Origin: Vicugna vicugna
Lineage: Eukaryota
Assembly: GCA_013265495.1 (NCBI GenBank)
Contig: MU058844.1
Span: forward strand, 13,848,184-13,912,183
DNA length: 64,000 nt
Reading direction: 5' to 3'
In this document: one piece after another, positions 13,111 to 26,375 of the stretch
Position numbering within the stretch: position 1 is the first letter of the stretch
Layout of the letters: each line of letters begins with the position of its first letter
Translations under genes and position numbers: made by a program
The notes under the pieces: generated by a model
Databases searched by the model: none
Told to the model about the DNA's origin: nothing
What the model saw: only the letters and a program-made list of their open reading frames with translations

Positions 13111-15967
13111 CCGTCCTCCATCCTTATACTTCTCTGCCCTTACACGTCTGTTATCTGTAAAATAGAGATGAATAAACACAGATCTTCCTTCCGTATTTGA
13201 TTGAGCTGACAATGTACAGTCCATCATGGGAAGCACAATGCCTTTAAGGCTTTCTTCTAGCAAGGGGATATGAAGTGTTGTTAATTTCTGGTTTTACCCA
13301 TTGTTACTTTTAAAAGATCTAGACTACACTGGTCTGTTTCCAAGCACAGCAGGTCACTCATCCCCTATCTCATTGTAATATGATTTTCTGTAAAGTCTTT
13401 GCAGTGGGAATTTGGGTTTTGAGAGAGAGATGCAGTTAAGTCTTTATCACTGCCGATTTCTGTTGAAAGAGCTTTCATTTGATTATTGTTCCCCCATCAG
13501 GACTGTCATGGGGACAAATACAGGTAATTAATCCTTATCAGTTCTGATTCAATTAAAAAATTCCTGGAAACTTCTCAATGTCTGCTTGAATTGCCCTTAT
13601 GGAAATCTTGCTGTTAGAAAGTTGAAAGTTCTTGTTAAATAGAAACAAGGATTTTATGAGCCAGACATTTCTCTGGAAAAGGGAAGTGCTATACTTATAA
13701 TTGATTTAAATGAGAAGGCAAAATATTACTGAATATAATTTTGAGGGGGTGGAGGAGAATTTTGCTATTCAGGTTCAACTTCTAAGCTAGGAGAATATGA
13801 GAATAGGTACATTTATTTATATGCATACAAGAGCAGAATAATTTTGCTGTATCACCTTTAACAAGCAGGCTATTCACTCAACTTGAGAATGACAGTTCAT
13901 TCAAACTATGTATTGTCTTGGTAGCAACGTGTTACGGTGATCCACTTACGAAATATTAGTTGGTGGAATATTTGATGTTAGTGTAGGAGGAGCAGACAAC
14001 TTTAATTTTTACTATGTACTTTGTGTACATTTACATTTTATGTAGTTGAAATATCAAAAGACAACTTTACAAGAGAAATCGTATTTAACTTTACTTTTAA
14101 CAAGCAGAAAGTTGTACACACCCAAACTGTGAACTACTCATTAAATATGCTGGATTGGTGTTCTGAACCTCAACCCAAAAGGGAGGCAACAGTGTGCTTT
14201 TCAATGAATTGGAAAATAACCAAAATGTACAAAAGAAGACCTAGTAAAGCATTACACTGAGCCTATGCATTGTTATAAATTAAAACTGCATTAAACTGAG
14301 CTCTTAAAGTGGAACCCTCTAGTAGAGCAGCCTCACATTAGCTGTCTTCTTGCGGGTCAGTACATATGTGTTTTACTAACTGGAGGTAATAAGGATTCTA
14401 AACTTTTTTTTTTTTTCTGAAAAGCTTGAATCTTTTGTGTGTAACCATAGGCCTTAGTGGCCATTGGTCGTTTAAATTAAAGCCGAATTAGTGCACTAAG
14501 CTCCAGTCAGTGCAAGGTTGTGCTCCACACCTAAATATAGGCCCTGATGTAATTTAGTATCTTTGACAACTTTATTACCTCTTTTAATTTAAGAATAATT
14601 TACTTTCATTATGCTCCTGTCTATCCTTCTGGATGAAATTAGTGCTCCTATCCCTGAGTAAACTGAAAAAGGGCTTCAAGTCTCTTACTCTTCCACAGAC
14701 CCACGGGTGACCGATCAGTGGTGAAGAGGTCTGATTTTAAAGAATGGATGTTGCATCTGGAAACATCAGGCTCGCTGGGTCATTAGCACCTCACAGAGAT
14801 TGACTTTTCTACAATCACGTGACGGCAGGAACATATTTTAACATAATTTTTTCTTTTTATGGGTATAAACTGATCTCATAACATACGAGTTGACACGACT
14901 GAGATGATTGATACTGTGAAAAAAAAGAGAACAGATTTTAAAAAAAGACCTTCTTGAATTTCATTTAATTTATGAATTGCTGCCAAACAATTTTAGTTGC
15001 TGTATTGGTTTCTCTCCACGCTCTATCCTCATTATTTTTTCCCAGAGGTTTTAAGTATAAGGGAGGGAACAGATATTTATTAAACCAGTTAACCAATTAA
15101 AAAAAAACAATTAAAAAATACGAAGGTTCAATTACAATCACATACTGGATTCATGACCTTTTAAAGTTACAATCATTCTCGTGGTTTGTGGTGAACTGAT
15201 TTGATGAACAGATTTGTGATGAATTGATTGAACAAAATATGCAAGAATGATTTCTACTGCAGTATGATAAGCTTATTCATATATTAGGTTTAATTCTGAG
15301 CAAAGCTATTAATTTGTGCCTTTTATTCAAATATTGTTGTCTTCAGGACTAAAATGTAGTATTTGATATGTGTTTCCTTTGGAGGTTGTGACAGAAATAT
15401 GAAGAGGTGGGGGAAGGAAAGACTGACAGTTATTTGTTTATTTTCCTTCACTGTAAAATTTTAATTTTTTAAATCATTATTGCTTTGAGTTGTGTACAAC
15501 TGGTTGTCATAATCATCACTTTCCCAGGGGAGAGTCTCATTCTTCAGAAATAGATGTCTTTGCTCAATTTTCCTTGAAGATATTTATACGAGTTGTCATC
15601 AATGAATTTTAATGCAAACTGGAGTAAAATATATTTGAATATGTTTGCAAGGCAATGAAAAATAAGCCCCAGAGAAGTGTTACACTGATTAATATATTTT
15701 TACAAATAACTTTATGTTGGCTATGTAAGCATCAGTCTGTTTTCCTATTTAAACTGTAAAAATTTTGTCAAGAAAATTTGAAAACCAGATTTTTTTATAC
15801 TGCAGGGGAATTATACATGCTGACTATATCCTATATTTAAATTAAGGACTTCAGTTCAGTTGTTCAGTGTGATCTTTTGGGGAGAGAGATGGAGAAGTTT
15901 CACCTGGCCTTTCATCTGCCTTTGACTTTGTCATTTAATCGTTGCTTTCATCCTGAATAATACAGTG

Positions 15968-16115
15968 CAGTGTTTTTAAGTTTTGAGTTATCTGGGGAGA
16001 TTGTTAAAATGCAGATCAGGCCCTACCTCCAAAATTCAGATTCTTCCAGGAATCTGTACTTCAAACAAGTATTTCAGGTGGATCTGCAATGTGATTCAGG
16101 GCACACGTTTTGAGG
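15968..16115. mobile_element. MER5-family hAT-Charlie MITE
   Basis: cagtgttttt...ctggggagattgttaaaatgcagat...caggaatctgtacttcaaacaag. Confidence 0.7.
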
Positions 16116-16851
16116 CATATGATTATAACAGAATAAAGCTGGTAGTTGAGGGAAATCTTATAGAAGTACAATGCTTATATTATTTCCTTCGATTAACTAG
16201 TAACCACAATTGAGTTGTTGAACATTTGCCATAAATGACAAAGTAATTGAGGTCTTGTAAGTTCTGGCTTACAACCAAAGTAAGTAGTATTTGCATATAT
16301 CTTCAAGGATACAGTTTTATATTTGCCAGCAGTCCTTATGGCATTCTGTTCTGTTATGGTTCTCAAAAATAACCATAAAGATTTTTGCCACCAGTGAGAG
16401 AGAATTCTCTACATATTCTAACAACTTCTAAATTCTGTTTCAAAAGCAAAATGAAACAAAAATAAACACAGTTTGCATTGTAGAAACTGAAGACCTTCCA
16501 ATTGGAGCAACTTAATACCTGAATTTCCGCCTATTTCTATGAGGACAAAAGTACTATTTAAAAGACATCTCTTTTTATAAATTGCTTTTCGATCACTTTA
16601 AAATGTTTTTCAAAACAGGACTGTGTGTGAGGAAAGCTGAGATTCAGGAAGACTCACTTGTTAGGACAACCTCAAACAGATGTTATGGTCATTCAGCAAA
16701 TTTCTTTCTTTTGCTAATAACAAGTTGCCTTTATTAAATCAAAAGGCAGCTCGTTTTTGAAGGCTGTTCCTAAAAATTGTTGCTACATGAAGAGCTGAAA
16801 AAAATAAACTCAAAGAATTAAAAAGCTTAAATGAAAGTTAAGAATGAAAAT

Positions 16852-17166
16852 GAGTGAAGGTGGTCAAAATGTACAAAGTTCCAGTTATAAGATAAGTAAG
16901 TGTTAGGGATGTAATTACAACATGACAAATATAATTAACACTGCTGTACATTATATATGAAAAGAGTAAATCCTGAGTTCTCATCACAAGGAAAAATATT
17001 GTTTTTCTGTTTCTTTAATGTTGTATCTATATGAGATGATGGATGTTCACTAAACTCATTGTGGTCACCACTTCATGATGTATGTAAGGTCAAAACATTA
17101 TGCTGTACACCTTAAACTTATATAGTGCTATATGTCAATTATATCTCAATAAAACTGGAAGAAAAA
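16852..17166 (+). mobile_element. 5'-truncated L1 (L1MA9-like) 3' end with target-site duplication
   Basis: gaaggtggtcaaaatgtacaaagttccagttataag...tgtacaccttaaactta...ctcAATAAA; TSD aagaatgaaaat at 16840-16851 and 17167-17178, preceded by TT. Confidence 0.9.
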
Positions 17167-18045
17167 AAGAATGAAAATTGAGATAAACCCTGTAGTAACA
17201 ATATTCCAGTAATTTTTATTTAGTGGCAGTGAAGTAACATAACCAACTGGGTCGGCTCAGTATTGTAATGTGTCCGGGCAATGAGGCATGCAGACTAGGG
17301 GTGTGATCTTTGCATCAGGAAGTATATGAAGTTCAATAAAAATTTTTGCACTAAATTCAGAAATCTTATAAGAAAACAGTGTAAGGTCGTGTATAGCACT
17401 GGGCTTCAACAGTGTTTGAGTTAACTTTTAGAAGGTCATTGGTAACCTGAGGCTACACCTCAGTGATATGATTGGTCACGGCAAGTGGATGGTGCCTTGT
17501 CTGACCTATTTTCCTTCACTAGTGAAATGAAAACAGAGGGATCTTTACCAATTTGTCTATGCAGACTTCTTTCAACACGCAACTGGCGACTTGGAGGCTA
17601 AAGTCAAATTATTGATGATTTGAGGAGGAGGATGGTGATTTGTGCTATCAACAGCAATTTATCACATGGTTTAATTGTATGCTCTAAATTATCCCTGACA
17701 GTAAATATTCTTTCCTCCACTTTATGATGGAAGAACTGAGGGTTACAAAGATGAAAGATCTTGAACTTATTTTCAGATATTTGGAAAAGGTTTCAAAAAA
17801 CCCTGAGTAGTTACCAAGGCATTGCGAGGGGTGCCAGTCGCGTGTGTAAGGTTTTATGAAATCTCTTTGTGCTATGCTTGGGAGTTCGCCTTTCATTTTA
17901 TAGGTGGATCTGTCTTCTTATCTGTGTTCTAGGAAGGCTGCCACGGCTTTTGTCTGGGAGATAGATTAAAGTGAGAAAAAGATTGATAGGAGTGGCAGTG
18001 AGGGTGGAGAAGAGGACAAAACAAAACAAAAAAGAACTATGTGGT

Positions 18046-18234
18046 GTATATATAAAAATAGATTTAAAAAAACTTTCTTCTGTACAGCACAGGGAACTGG
18101 ATTTAATATCTTGTAATAACCTTTAATGAAAAAGATTATGAAAACGAATATATGTCTATATATGCATGACTGGAACATTATGCTGTACCTCAGAAATTAG
18201 CACACTTTACCTGACTATAGTTCAATTAAAAAAA
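18046..18234 (+). mobile_element. Young 5'-truncated L1 3' end (camelid-type) with TSD
   Basis: ctgtacagcacagggaac...ctgactatagttcaatt(A)n; TSD aaagaactatgtggt (18031-18045) / aaagaattatgtggt (18235-18249). Confidence 0.9.
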
Positions 18235-18656
18235 AAAGAATTATGTGGTAGAAGAAATGGCACGATGAGCATTTAGAGGTATGAGGAGAGAAAGAAGAAG
18301 AAATCAAAGATGTGATTTTGAAGATTTATGCTGAGATGGCTATGGAGATGGTAGTTCCCCAAATGTAAATAGCGGAAGAAGGAAAACCGAAGCTTCCGAG
18401 AACTGTGTGTAGCAAATAAGTGGAGTTTCCAAAAGCAGTGCCTTTGATGATATTTAGAAACTTCTGGCAGAGATGTCAGGCTGTTGAAATGAGAATTTGG
18501 AGCTCCTTACAAGGTAGCATCCAAAACCTCATGGTTTATTAACAATGATAGCAATATATAATTTTAAAAAATCCCTTTCTAGCTTATTAGAAGGTAACAA
18601 ACTGGACCTTTATACATGGAAAATCAAGGTCAAAAACAGTTGCTTCTAAAGCCTAG

Positions 18657-19490
18657 TTAGGGGATGTCCAATGGCTGTTCTGTATTTGCACTGCCCAATA
18701 TGGCAACCACTAGCCACAGGCGTTTATTAAATACTTGAAACATGGCCAGTGAAACTGAATTTTAAATTTTATTTACTATATTAAATAAATGTCTTATTTA
18801 TACATTTATATATTTATAATTGTATAAGTTATATTTATAATCTGTAACTCTGGATTTTTATAAATATTTTAATCAGATATTTTAATATAAAACAGCATAT
18901 TACTAACAATTCAGAGATCACAATTTGTAGTAATGCCACCCAATTCATCACTGATTAAGAAAATGGAAGTGTTCAGTTAAGTGTAAAATTGTTAAATGTT
19001 GCATCTTCTTTTAGTTGCCCATCTCCCACTGATGTTAATGAAACATGTAGGTAAAATGATGTTCAATATTTAAAAATTCATAAATCACATTTTAATTCTG
19101 ACTAGGTTTGCATTTTTATTTTTCTGGTTTCACCATAATTAAGATAATCTTTCAAAGCAGAGCCCAACTCAATTACTTATGAAATTAGTCTGTTTTATAG
19201 TTACATTGCACAGTGTTCTAATGGAAGGTATCAATTTAGGGGTATTTCTTAGTGAACGCTGAGACTGCAATGACAGTTTCTTATTTAACGTAAGTTTATG
19301 CATTGATGGACCGCACATTAAATATATTCCTTTAGTACATTACAGCAGAATTAAATAGGCACTTAATTTTCAGTAGAATATTAACAGAAAGTAAATTACC
19401 GTGATGTACCCAATCTCCACTCACTTTTTTTTTGCAGTTAAAATATCTATATCTAATCTACCTGTATCGATGGAATGCTAATATAGAGCA
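18657..19490. mobile_element. MER3/MER33-like end followed by probable Charlie5-type internal sequence (hAT)
   Basis: gcactgcccaatatggcaaccactagccaca...acttgaaacatggccagtgaaactgaattttaaatttta is MER3-like; the identity of the downstream AT-rich part is less certain. Confidence 0.55.
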
Positions 19491-20197
19491 TAGTGATTTA
19501 TCCTTAATTTGTGATGCTCTTTTGCTATAAAAAACTGTAGTCAGTCTTCCAAATAACAAATTAAGCCCTTTGGGCTTCAGTTCTAAAGATGGTATTATAT
19601 TCTGTTGCTCACTGCAGCCTTTACATATTGTGTCTTCATTATGGGTGGCAAGGGAAGCTGTTATCTAGCTACTGAGAGCAAGGACTTCTGTTTCAGGCAC
19701 ATTTGGGTTAGTGATGTAGCATTATTGTTTATTAGGTGCGTGGACTTGGACCAGTTATTTCGCCGCAAGGCTATTTTGAGATACATTGGTAATGTTTGTA
19801 TGTGAATATGACTCTAGTGACAAATTCCACATTTTATTTTTTGCATTCGCTACAATTTTTACTTTGAATTTCTGTGAATGAGAACAAGAACTTAAACTTT
19901 GGATGTAACGAGTACAGAAACTTCTACATTTTCAAAAACTCTCTAGTCCATCTCCTGATCTTTTTAAGTTTTCTCTCTCATGTCCATTACTATAGAATTT
20001 CTCATTAGTTGATGTAGAGTTTTAATTAAATTAGATTTAATCCCATGGCATTTTCATCAGTTTTTGTAAATTTTAATTGAATTATGAACATACAATACTA
20101 AGGAAATCTTGTATCAACAGCACTAGAAACTAATACAGGGTGTTCATGGAGAGCATACAGATATTTTGGCAGGGATGGGAAGGCATGGGTGTACTTG

Positions 20198-20300
20198 TAG
20201 GGTGGGCATATAATTTATCATCCAAACCTAGAAGCTCCTGAGAGTAAAAGAAGATATAAATTATGACTGTCCTGGACAAACTGTGGTTTATGGTTACCTA
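20198..20300. mobile_element. MER94-like hAT-Blackjack MITE
   Basis: Degenerate TIRs tagggtgggcata...tatggttaccta; internal taatttatcatccaaacc, gactgtcctggacaaac. Confidence 0.65.
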
Positions 20301-21363
20301 CACACCCTAGCTAGAGGGTGTGTAACTGGCCATATTTTGGGCATTGGCTTATATGTTTTACACAAAGAATGGAATTTTTAGTTAATCTAGGCAATTAATT
20401 AGAGATTTGGAGAGCTTCCACTGTAACTTTATGCTTGTACAATATATTAATATTGAGCTCATATTATAGACCTGACACCAAGCGAAATAATTTCATACAT
20501 TACCTCATTAAATTCTCAAAGCTTATGGAGTAAATTTTTTTATTTACATTTCACAGATGTGGAAATTGAAGCTTAGAACTTCATCTTTGTACAGTTTGCT
20601 GAATCCCACTGATTTCACTATATGCCAGACATGTACTAAATACTTATGTTCATTGCCTCATTTAATCCTCATAATTACCCAATTGAATCAAGTCTTTTTA
20701 ATCTCCAGTTAATATATTACCCAAATGTGTATGGAGATATATATATATATATACCTGATAAATGTCATAGACTGGATATAGACCCAGATCTGTCAAAAGT
20801 TTATTACTCAGTTATTCAAAATATTTCTTTCCAAAACTGACTTCTGTTATCACGAAATTTATGTTTCTGTCACTTGGGGCAATCAAGAGCTTAAAGGGAA
20901 AGAAAAGGGACAGTACTGGGGGCCAAAGGGTTTTAACTGGAACACAGTCTATGTCATAGGCTTTCTTCCTCAAGATGTGTTTTGGAAAGATTCTTTGAAT
21001 CAGTTTCCAGACTGTTGGGGGAAAAGGCAGCTTTGCACTGGTCTGTCTTCATGTTCTCATGCCTGGTCCCCTCCCCACCTGTGCCCATGCTTTGAAATTA
21101 TTAGACTCCACAGTAACCCTGCACTCATGAATGGGGATCTGCAAATTAACTAGCAGTGTTAGCTTGGGTTTCCCCAAGATTAATCGGAAAAAGTTTAATG
21201 TGGCCAAATGGAAGTAAGGCCATGGAAAAGAAAAAACAAATGGTAACTTCCTCGAGTGATAAAAGTCATGAACCTCAAAGTGAATGAAAATATTAGGAAA
21301 GATTAATTAATCAAAAAAAGTATCATGTCTTTACACAATTATTAGAGGTTTAAAAATGATTGA

Positions 21364-21430
21364 CATCAGAAATTGACACAACATTGTAAACTGACTATAC
21401 TTCAATTTTAAAAAAATGTTAGAAAAAAAA
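21364..21430 (+). mobile_element. Very short young L1 3' stub
   Basis: cagaaattgacacaacattgtaaactgactatacttcaatttt plus A-rich tail; same 3' end as the 18046 element. Confidence 0.8.
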
Positions 21431-21789
21431 AGATTGAAATGACCAATCATAAGAACAATTGCTCATAAGATGGTGGTAAGACCACCAACATGTATTACTC
21501 TACTCACCTAAATTAACAGCCAAAGCCAAAGGATATATAAATCTAAACCTCTAGAGTATTAGTTTACTCATTGGAAGAGGGGGCACATAGTAAAGCTAAG
21601 ATGAATGTTAGAAATGAGAAATCTCATCACAATTCTGCTTTCAGTTAGCTCTCAGGCCTTAGGATAAATGTGCTACACCTCCAAATACCAATGCCACGTT
21701 TCCTGTGGGGATGCAAGCATTAACTGTCTCTAACTCAAGGTTAGTGTGAAGATTAAAGTGGTTCAACACTTTGAACATTCATTATGGCC

Positions 21790-21960
21790 TGTCTCACACA
21801 GGGTTATAATGATTTGTTTATGTGTCTTCCTTCTCAAACTCCCAAGTTCCATAAGCACAAAGGCTAACAGAGTGTTACTTATCTTTGCATCCCTAGGACG
21901 TAGCAAAGACCTTGGTACAGAGGAAGTATTTTGACGATTTCCTTTTTGTTGAATGACTGC
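21790..21960 (+). mobile_element. L2 3' end
   Basis: tatctttgcatccctaggacgtagcaaagaccttggtacagagga...ttgttgaatga. Confidence 0.65.
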
Positions 21961-22065
21961 ACTAATTTAATGAAATGAGTCTAAAAGTGCTGCTGAACGC
22001 TAAAAAGCATTGTAAAAACTAAATTTTATAGTTATTCGATTGCAATTTATGGGTTGAGCCACCTA

Positions 22066-22256
22066 CAGTCAACCCTTGATATCCGCCGGAGATTGCTTTA
22101 AGGACCCTATGGGTACTGAAATCCATGAACGCTCAAGTCCCTTGTGTAGAATGGTGTAGTCCTGGGCCCTCTCTGTCAGCCAGTTGGGAATCTGACGTTT
22201 TCAATACAGTTGGTCGAATCTGCGGATGCGGACCCGCGGATACAGAGGGATGACTG
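22066..22256. mobile_element. MER2/Tigger2-type TcMar MITE, 191 bp
   Basis: TA|CAGTCAACCCTTGATATCCGC ... GCGGATACAGAGGGATGACTG|TG; 21-bp imperfect TIRs and TA target site (right copy mutated). Confidence 0.85.
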
Positions 22257-23664
22257 TGCTAAGTAAACCTAGTTCATTTAGAATGTAATGTAAAAAAATT
22301 TATATATTAATGCCTAATGTGGGACATTTCAAATGTTCATGTTTTCTTCATTTCTTGAACTTTCCCTTTTCATTTACCTTAAATTGTAGGTTTTTGCTGA
22401 GCGAATCTGCTTTTTGAGAGACTATATTCCCCTTGTTTGAAGGCGAACCAAGCCGACCTCAGCCCGGAAGCGTGGTGCTGACTCACTGACCCCCTGGGCT
22501 TGTCTCCTGCCTGACCAAGTGCAGGATGAGAACAAATTAGAAAGATCTGATTGAGTCATATATATTTTAGTACTTTAAGAGTAAAGCACCGAGGTAGCAG
22601 AATATACCAAGCAAACTAACGTTGGAAAATGCTTTTTTTTTTTTTAATCTCGGCTGAATTCTTTTCCTTATTCTTTTGTTATCCATATTCTTCCAGTTCG
22701 CGTAAATGATACACTTTACAGATGACAGGGTCTGCAGATGGCTCAGCAGCCAAGAACCATTTGTGGCACATTTGGCACAACGTCACGTCTTCTAATGACC
22801 AGATTTCTCACCCATTGCCCCCTCCACCCTTACTCCCACCCTACCCAACACACGCCAACAAAAGACCGTCCAAGGAGTTTCAGAGCAAAATGATGGCTTC
22901 TTGAATTTTGGGGGTAGAGAAATTTTGCAGTAGCTGTGGATATGTCCTGCACCCCAAATTTTTCCTAGGATATGAGTGGAACATACTAAAGGCAGAAAAA
23001 ATATTTATCTATAAAAGCTGAATTACATAAAAATGATAAATTTTGTAACCAGAGTGAGCATGAGTTAAGCTCCTACCTTCAGCAGAAATTTCACCAAGAA
23101 CAAGAAATATTTTAAGAGTGGGAAATCAGGTCTTTTGAATCTTAACGTAACGTTCCTCTGTGACAACCATTGCATTAATGATAAGGTTCTAAATTCATTT
23201 TTAATTTTCTAATTTTCTCGTTCTTTATATTTTGAAGTGTGACTATTTGGAAAGTTGCTAGAAAAGTGATCATAATCAGTTAAAAGAAATCTGTCTTTAG
23301 GAGTACCGGTGTGAGAGACTGGTAATAAAGACCTTTTATTGGGCCAATAAACTCCCTAGAATCACTTATATATTATTTGAGACATGACTCTTAAGCACAC
23401 TCTGATATATGTGACCTAAGAGAGTTAATGGAATTTTCAAATATGTCAGCCCCTTTGTAGATGTCAAGAGCGTAAGCTCTGAATTTAAATGACAAAGGTT
23501 TGAAACCTACCTCCACCACCCCCTAATTATAGGAGCATAAGAATGGTAATTATTTTTATTGTTTAAAAGGTACTAAAACTGAGACAATGACCTATTTTTA
23601 TGAATTCCTACCATGTTCTGTTTTTTTTTAAATCCTACTGTTTTGCATATTTAACTAGTGTATA

Positions 23665-23687
23665 TGTGTGTGTGTGTGTGTGTGTGT
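23665..23687. repeat. (TG)n microsatellite
   Basis: Direct reading. Confidence 0.9.
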
Positions 23688-24719
23688 TTGTATTTTATTT
23701 ATTAGGTAGATAGATACAGGTATAAAATCAACTAGATGATGAACTCCTGGAGAGCAGGGTTTCCACTTTATACTGAATTTGGTAAAGAAGATGCTCCTTA
23801 GATACCTTTGGGTGAATTACTTTCTTTGACATCCACATTTTCCAACTTTGTGAATACACTTCAAGTGGTTTAATTCTAGGATACTTCAAGAGAAGTATGA
23901 AGCACTCATAATCAAAAATGAAACAGAGGGTTCTAATTAAACGGATACATTCAATTTAGGAACATCATCAGTGCTTACATATTCCACTTGGTCCAAGACT
24001 GTAGTATGGAGGGAATAAAAATGAATTTATTCTTTGAATTTAACTAAACATCATTTTATTTTATATATCTTGATATATCTGAATTTTTACTAATAAGAGC
24101 ACAGTGCATTCTAGCCTAAAAAAAAAGGATAAGAAAAACATTAGAAAATCACGTATTTTTTACAGTAAAATATCTTCTTAAAGGCTGAGAAATGTTAAAT
24201 ATTTTGTACTGATTTACAATCATGATAATTAACTCACATTGTCAATTTCCTAGTTCATTTTTGAATAATGATCACACTGATTGTAATGCCTATATAATCC
24301 TTCTGTAAATTTTATGAATATTACTAGAGTCAGTGCTCACATGTATCTGTTATGGTAGAAGGGCAGTTATTTTTAGCCCAATTCTATAAATGAAGAAAAT
24401 GAGCTGTGGAAATTTATAGGAAACATTTAAGGTTTTCATGCCTGATAAATAGCAAAAGTAGTATTAGAGCTCTTACTTTCATGATTTCGAATTTATGATT
24501 CTCTTTTGGCTTTAACGTGTACCCTCATTAATTTCATCATATTAACTACTAAGTAACTGCATTCTCCGCACATTGACCTGTTAAATGCATTCAGGATGGT
24601 TGTCTCTAAGGATTTTTCTATAAACCTGAAAATATTCAAATATGATGCCAATTAATTACCAATACAAGTAACAAACAAATTAAATTGTGGTTGGAGAAAA
24701 CGAAAAGTTTCTTGAGTCT

Positions 24720-25880
24720 TTCTTCTTAATCCTCACTACCTATAGATAACCACTTCTAAACTTTTGCTGTATATATAGACACATATATATGCATAGCTAT
24801 ATACATATATATTTCTGAATTTGTAATTTTATCTCTATAGATACATTTCATTACTCTATGTAGATATCTCTATATTTTATCTCCATGTCTCTCTAGGTAG
24901 ATGTGTCTTTCTGTACCTACTACCTGTCTTTCTCATTTTATCTCTAGCTCTGTCTCCACTGTACAGATTTGTTTTGATCTTTCTATTTAGATATCCTTAT
25001 CTCTGGATGCAAAAATGAAATGTACACCGTCTTTATATAAACAAAAATAGAATCATCCCCAATATCCCAAATTTGTCCCCTGATTTTTCAGTTAATTTGT
25101 GAACATTGTTTTCATGTCTTTAAAGATTTTTCCAGAATATCATTTTAAATGGTTGCAAAGTAGTTCAATATATGAATGCCCCAGGATTTATCTAAATTAT
25201 TCTGTATTATATGGATATTGAGGCAATATGCATATTTTTACTATGAAAAGCAGCACCACAGTGAACATTTTCATGGCATATATATATATACATACGTACA
25301 TATATATATATATACACATACATACATATTTATATATACTTATTTATTTATTTTAAATAGAGGTACTGGAGATTGGACTCAGGACCTCGTGCATGCTGAG
25401 CATGCGCTCTACCACTGAGCTATTCCGACCCTCTCTTGTAGCAAATAAATTTAACACATTGAAGCTTAAGCCCTTTAGGTGACTTTCTAAGAACAATTTC
25501 TGGATCAAATAGAACTTAAATTTTCAAAATTTTGAGTTTATATTGCTAAATGAATTTTCTGAAATGCTGTACCAGTTTACACTCCAGCTAGAAGAATAAA
25601 CATCCCTGAATTATATAAACATTGGTTCAGATATGCCTTTGATTGACAGCAAACATCTCATCGTTTTGAATTGCACTTTCTTTTTATTACGAGTGAAGCT
25701 AAACATTAAAAAATACATAATGGACATGTGTATTTCTTCTCTGAGAATTCACTGCTTATGTTCTTTGACTCATACCTCACCTTTTAAAAATTGTGTAATT
25801 AGTTTAAAAAATGGAATTTTTTACATTTTAAGTATCCTAACCTAGGTCACATATGCTGCAAGTATCATTGCCTTCTGAGA
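24720..25880 (-). mobile_element. Highly diverged L1ME-type fragment interrupted by a SINE
   Basis: gtaccagtttacactccagc, catctcatcgttttgaattgcacttt, tgtatttcttctctgagaatt motifs. Confidence 0.6.
25278..25435 (-). mobile_element. tRNA-Ala-derived SINE (Vic-1-like, camelid) with AT-rich tail
   Basis: Reverse complement reads ...ATAGCTCAGTGGTAGAGCGCATGCTCAGCATGCACGAGGTCCTGAGTCCAATCTCCAGTACCTCTA followed by an A/TA-rich tail; tRNA-Ala(AGC)-like body with a mutated B box. Confidence 0.85.
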
Positions 25881-26159
25881 TGGTTTATCGTATTTTCATT
25901 TTACGTGATATTAACAACCTAAATTATCCTTCTGCAGAGTGGTGGTGACAGCTAAATTTTAATTGTGTACCTACATATAGGGCAGTATCTACCTGCACAC
26001 CAGGGGATATCCATTCCCACTTAGGGAATTTATCTTCTCTTATATAGAGCAATCTCTCTAACTTTAGAAGTTTAAATTATCATTAAATGGGAGAAATATT
26101 AATTGTACTTTGGTCAATGACCATTAAAAATAAATACGACGTGTTGAAATGCAAAGAAC

Positions 26160-26375
26160 AAAAGAAGTAGATAGAAATCCTGGCTCTTGTAGTTAAAAAC
26201 TGTTTGATTTGAGCACATTATTGATCATGCTTGGGACTGTTTCATCATGTCTGAAATCATTAAAACTATACCTATTTACATTAAAGACCGTTGTAAGTCT
26301 CAAATGAGATCATTATGTAAAAACAACTGGCAGAGGATCTGGTATATAATATAGTGCCTAGTAATTAATGCTGTC
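26160..26375 (+). mobile_element. MIR, degenerate
   Basis: aaatcctggctct...tttcatcatgtctgaaat...gttgtaagtctcaaatgagatcattatgtaaaa. Confidence 0.6.

Noticed and set aside
15184..15233. Imperfect tandem duplication (tttgtg.tgaa.tgatt...gaaca)
   Set aside because: Two degenerate copies only; ordinary local slippage, not an array.
25358..25435. Possible tRNA-Ala gene
   Set aside because: Mutated T-loop/B box, disrupted acceptor stem and an A-rich tail: a SINE, not a functional tRNA.
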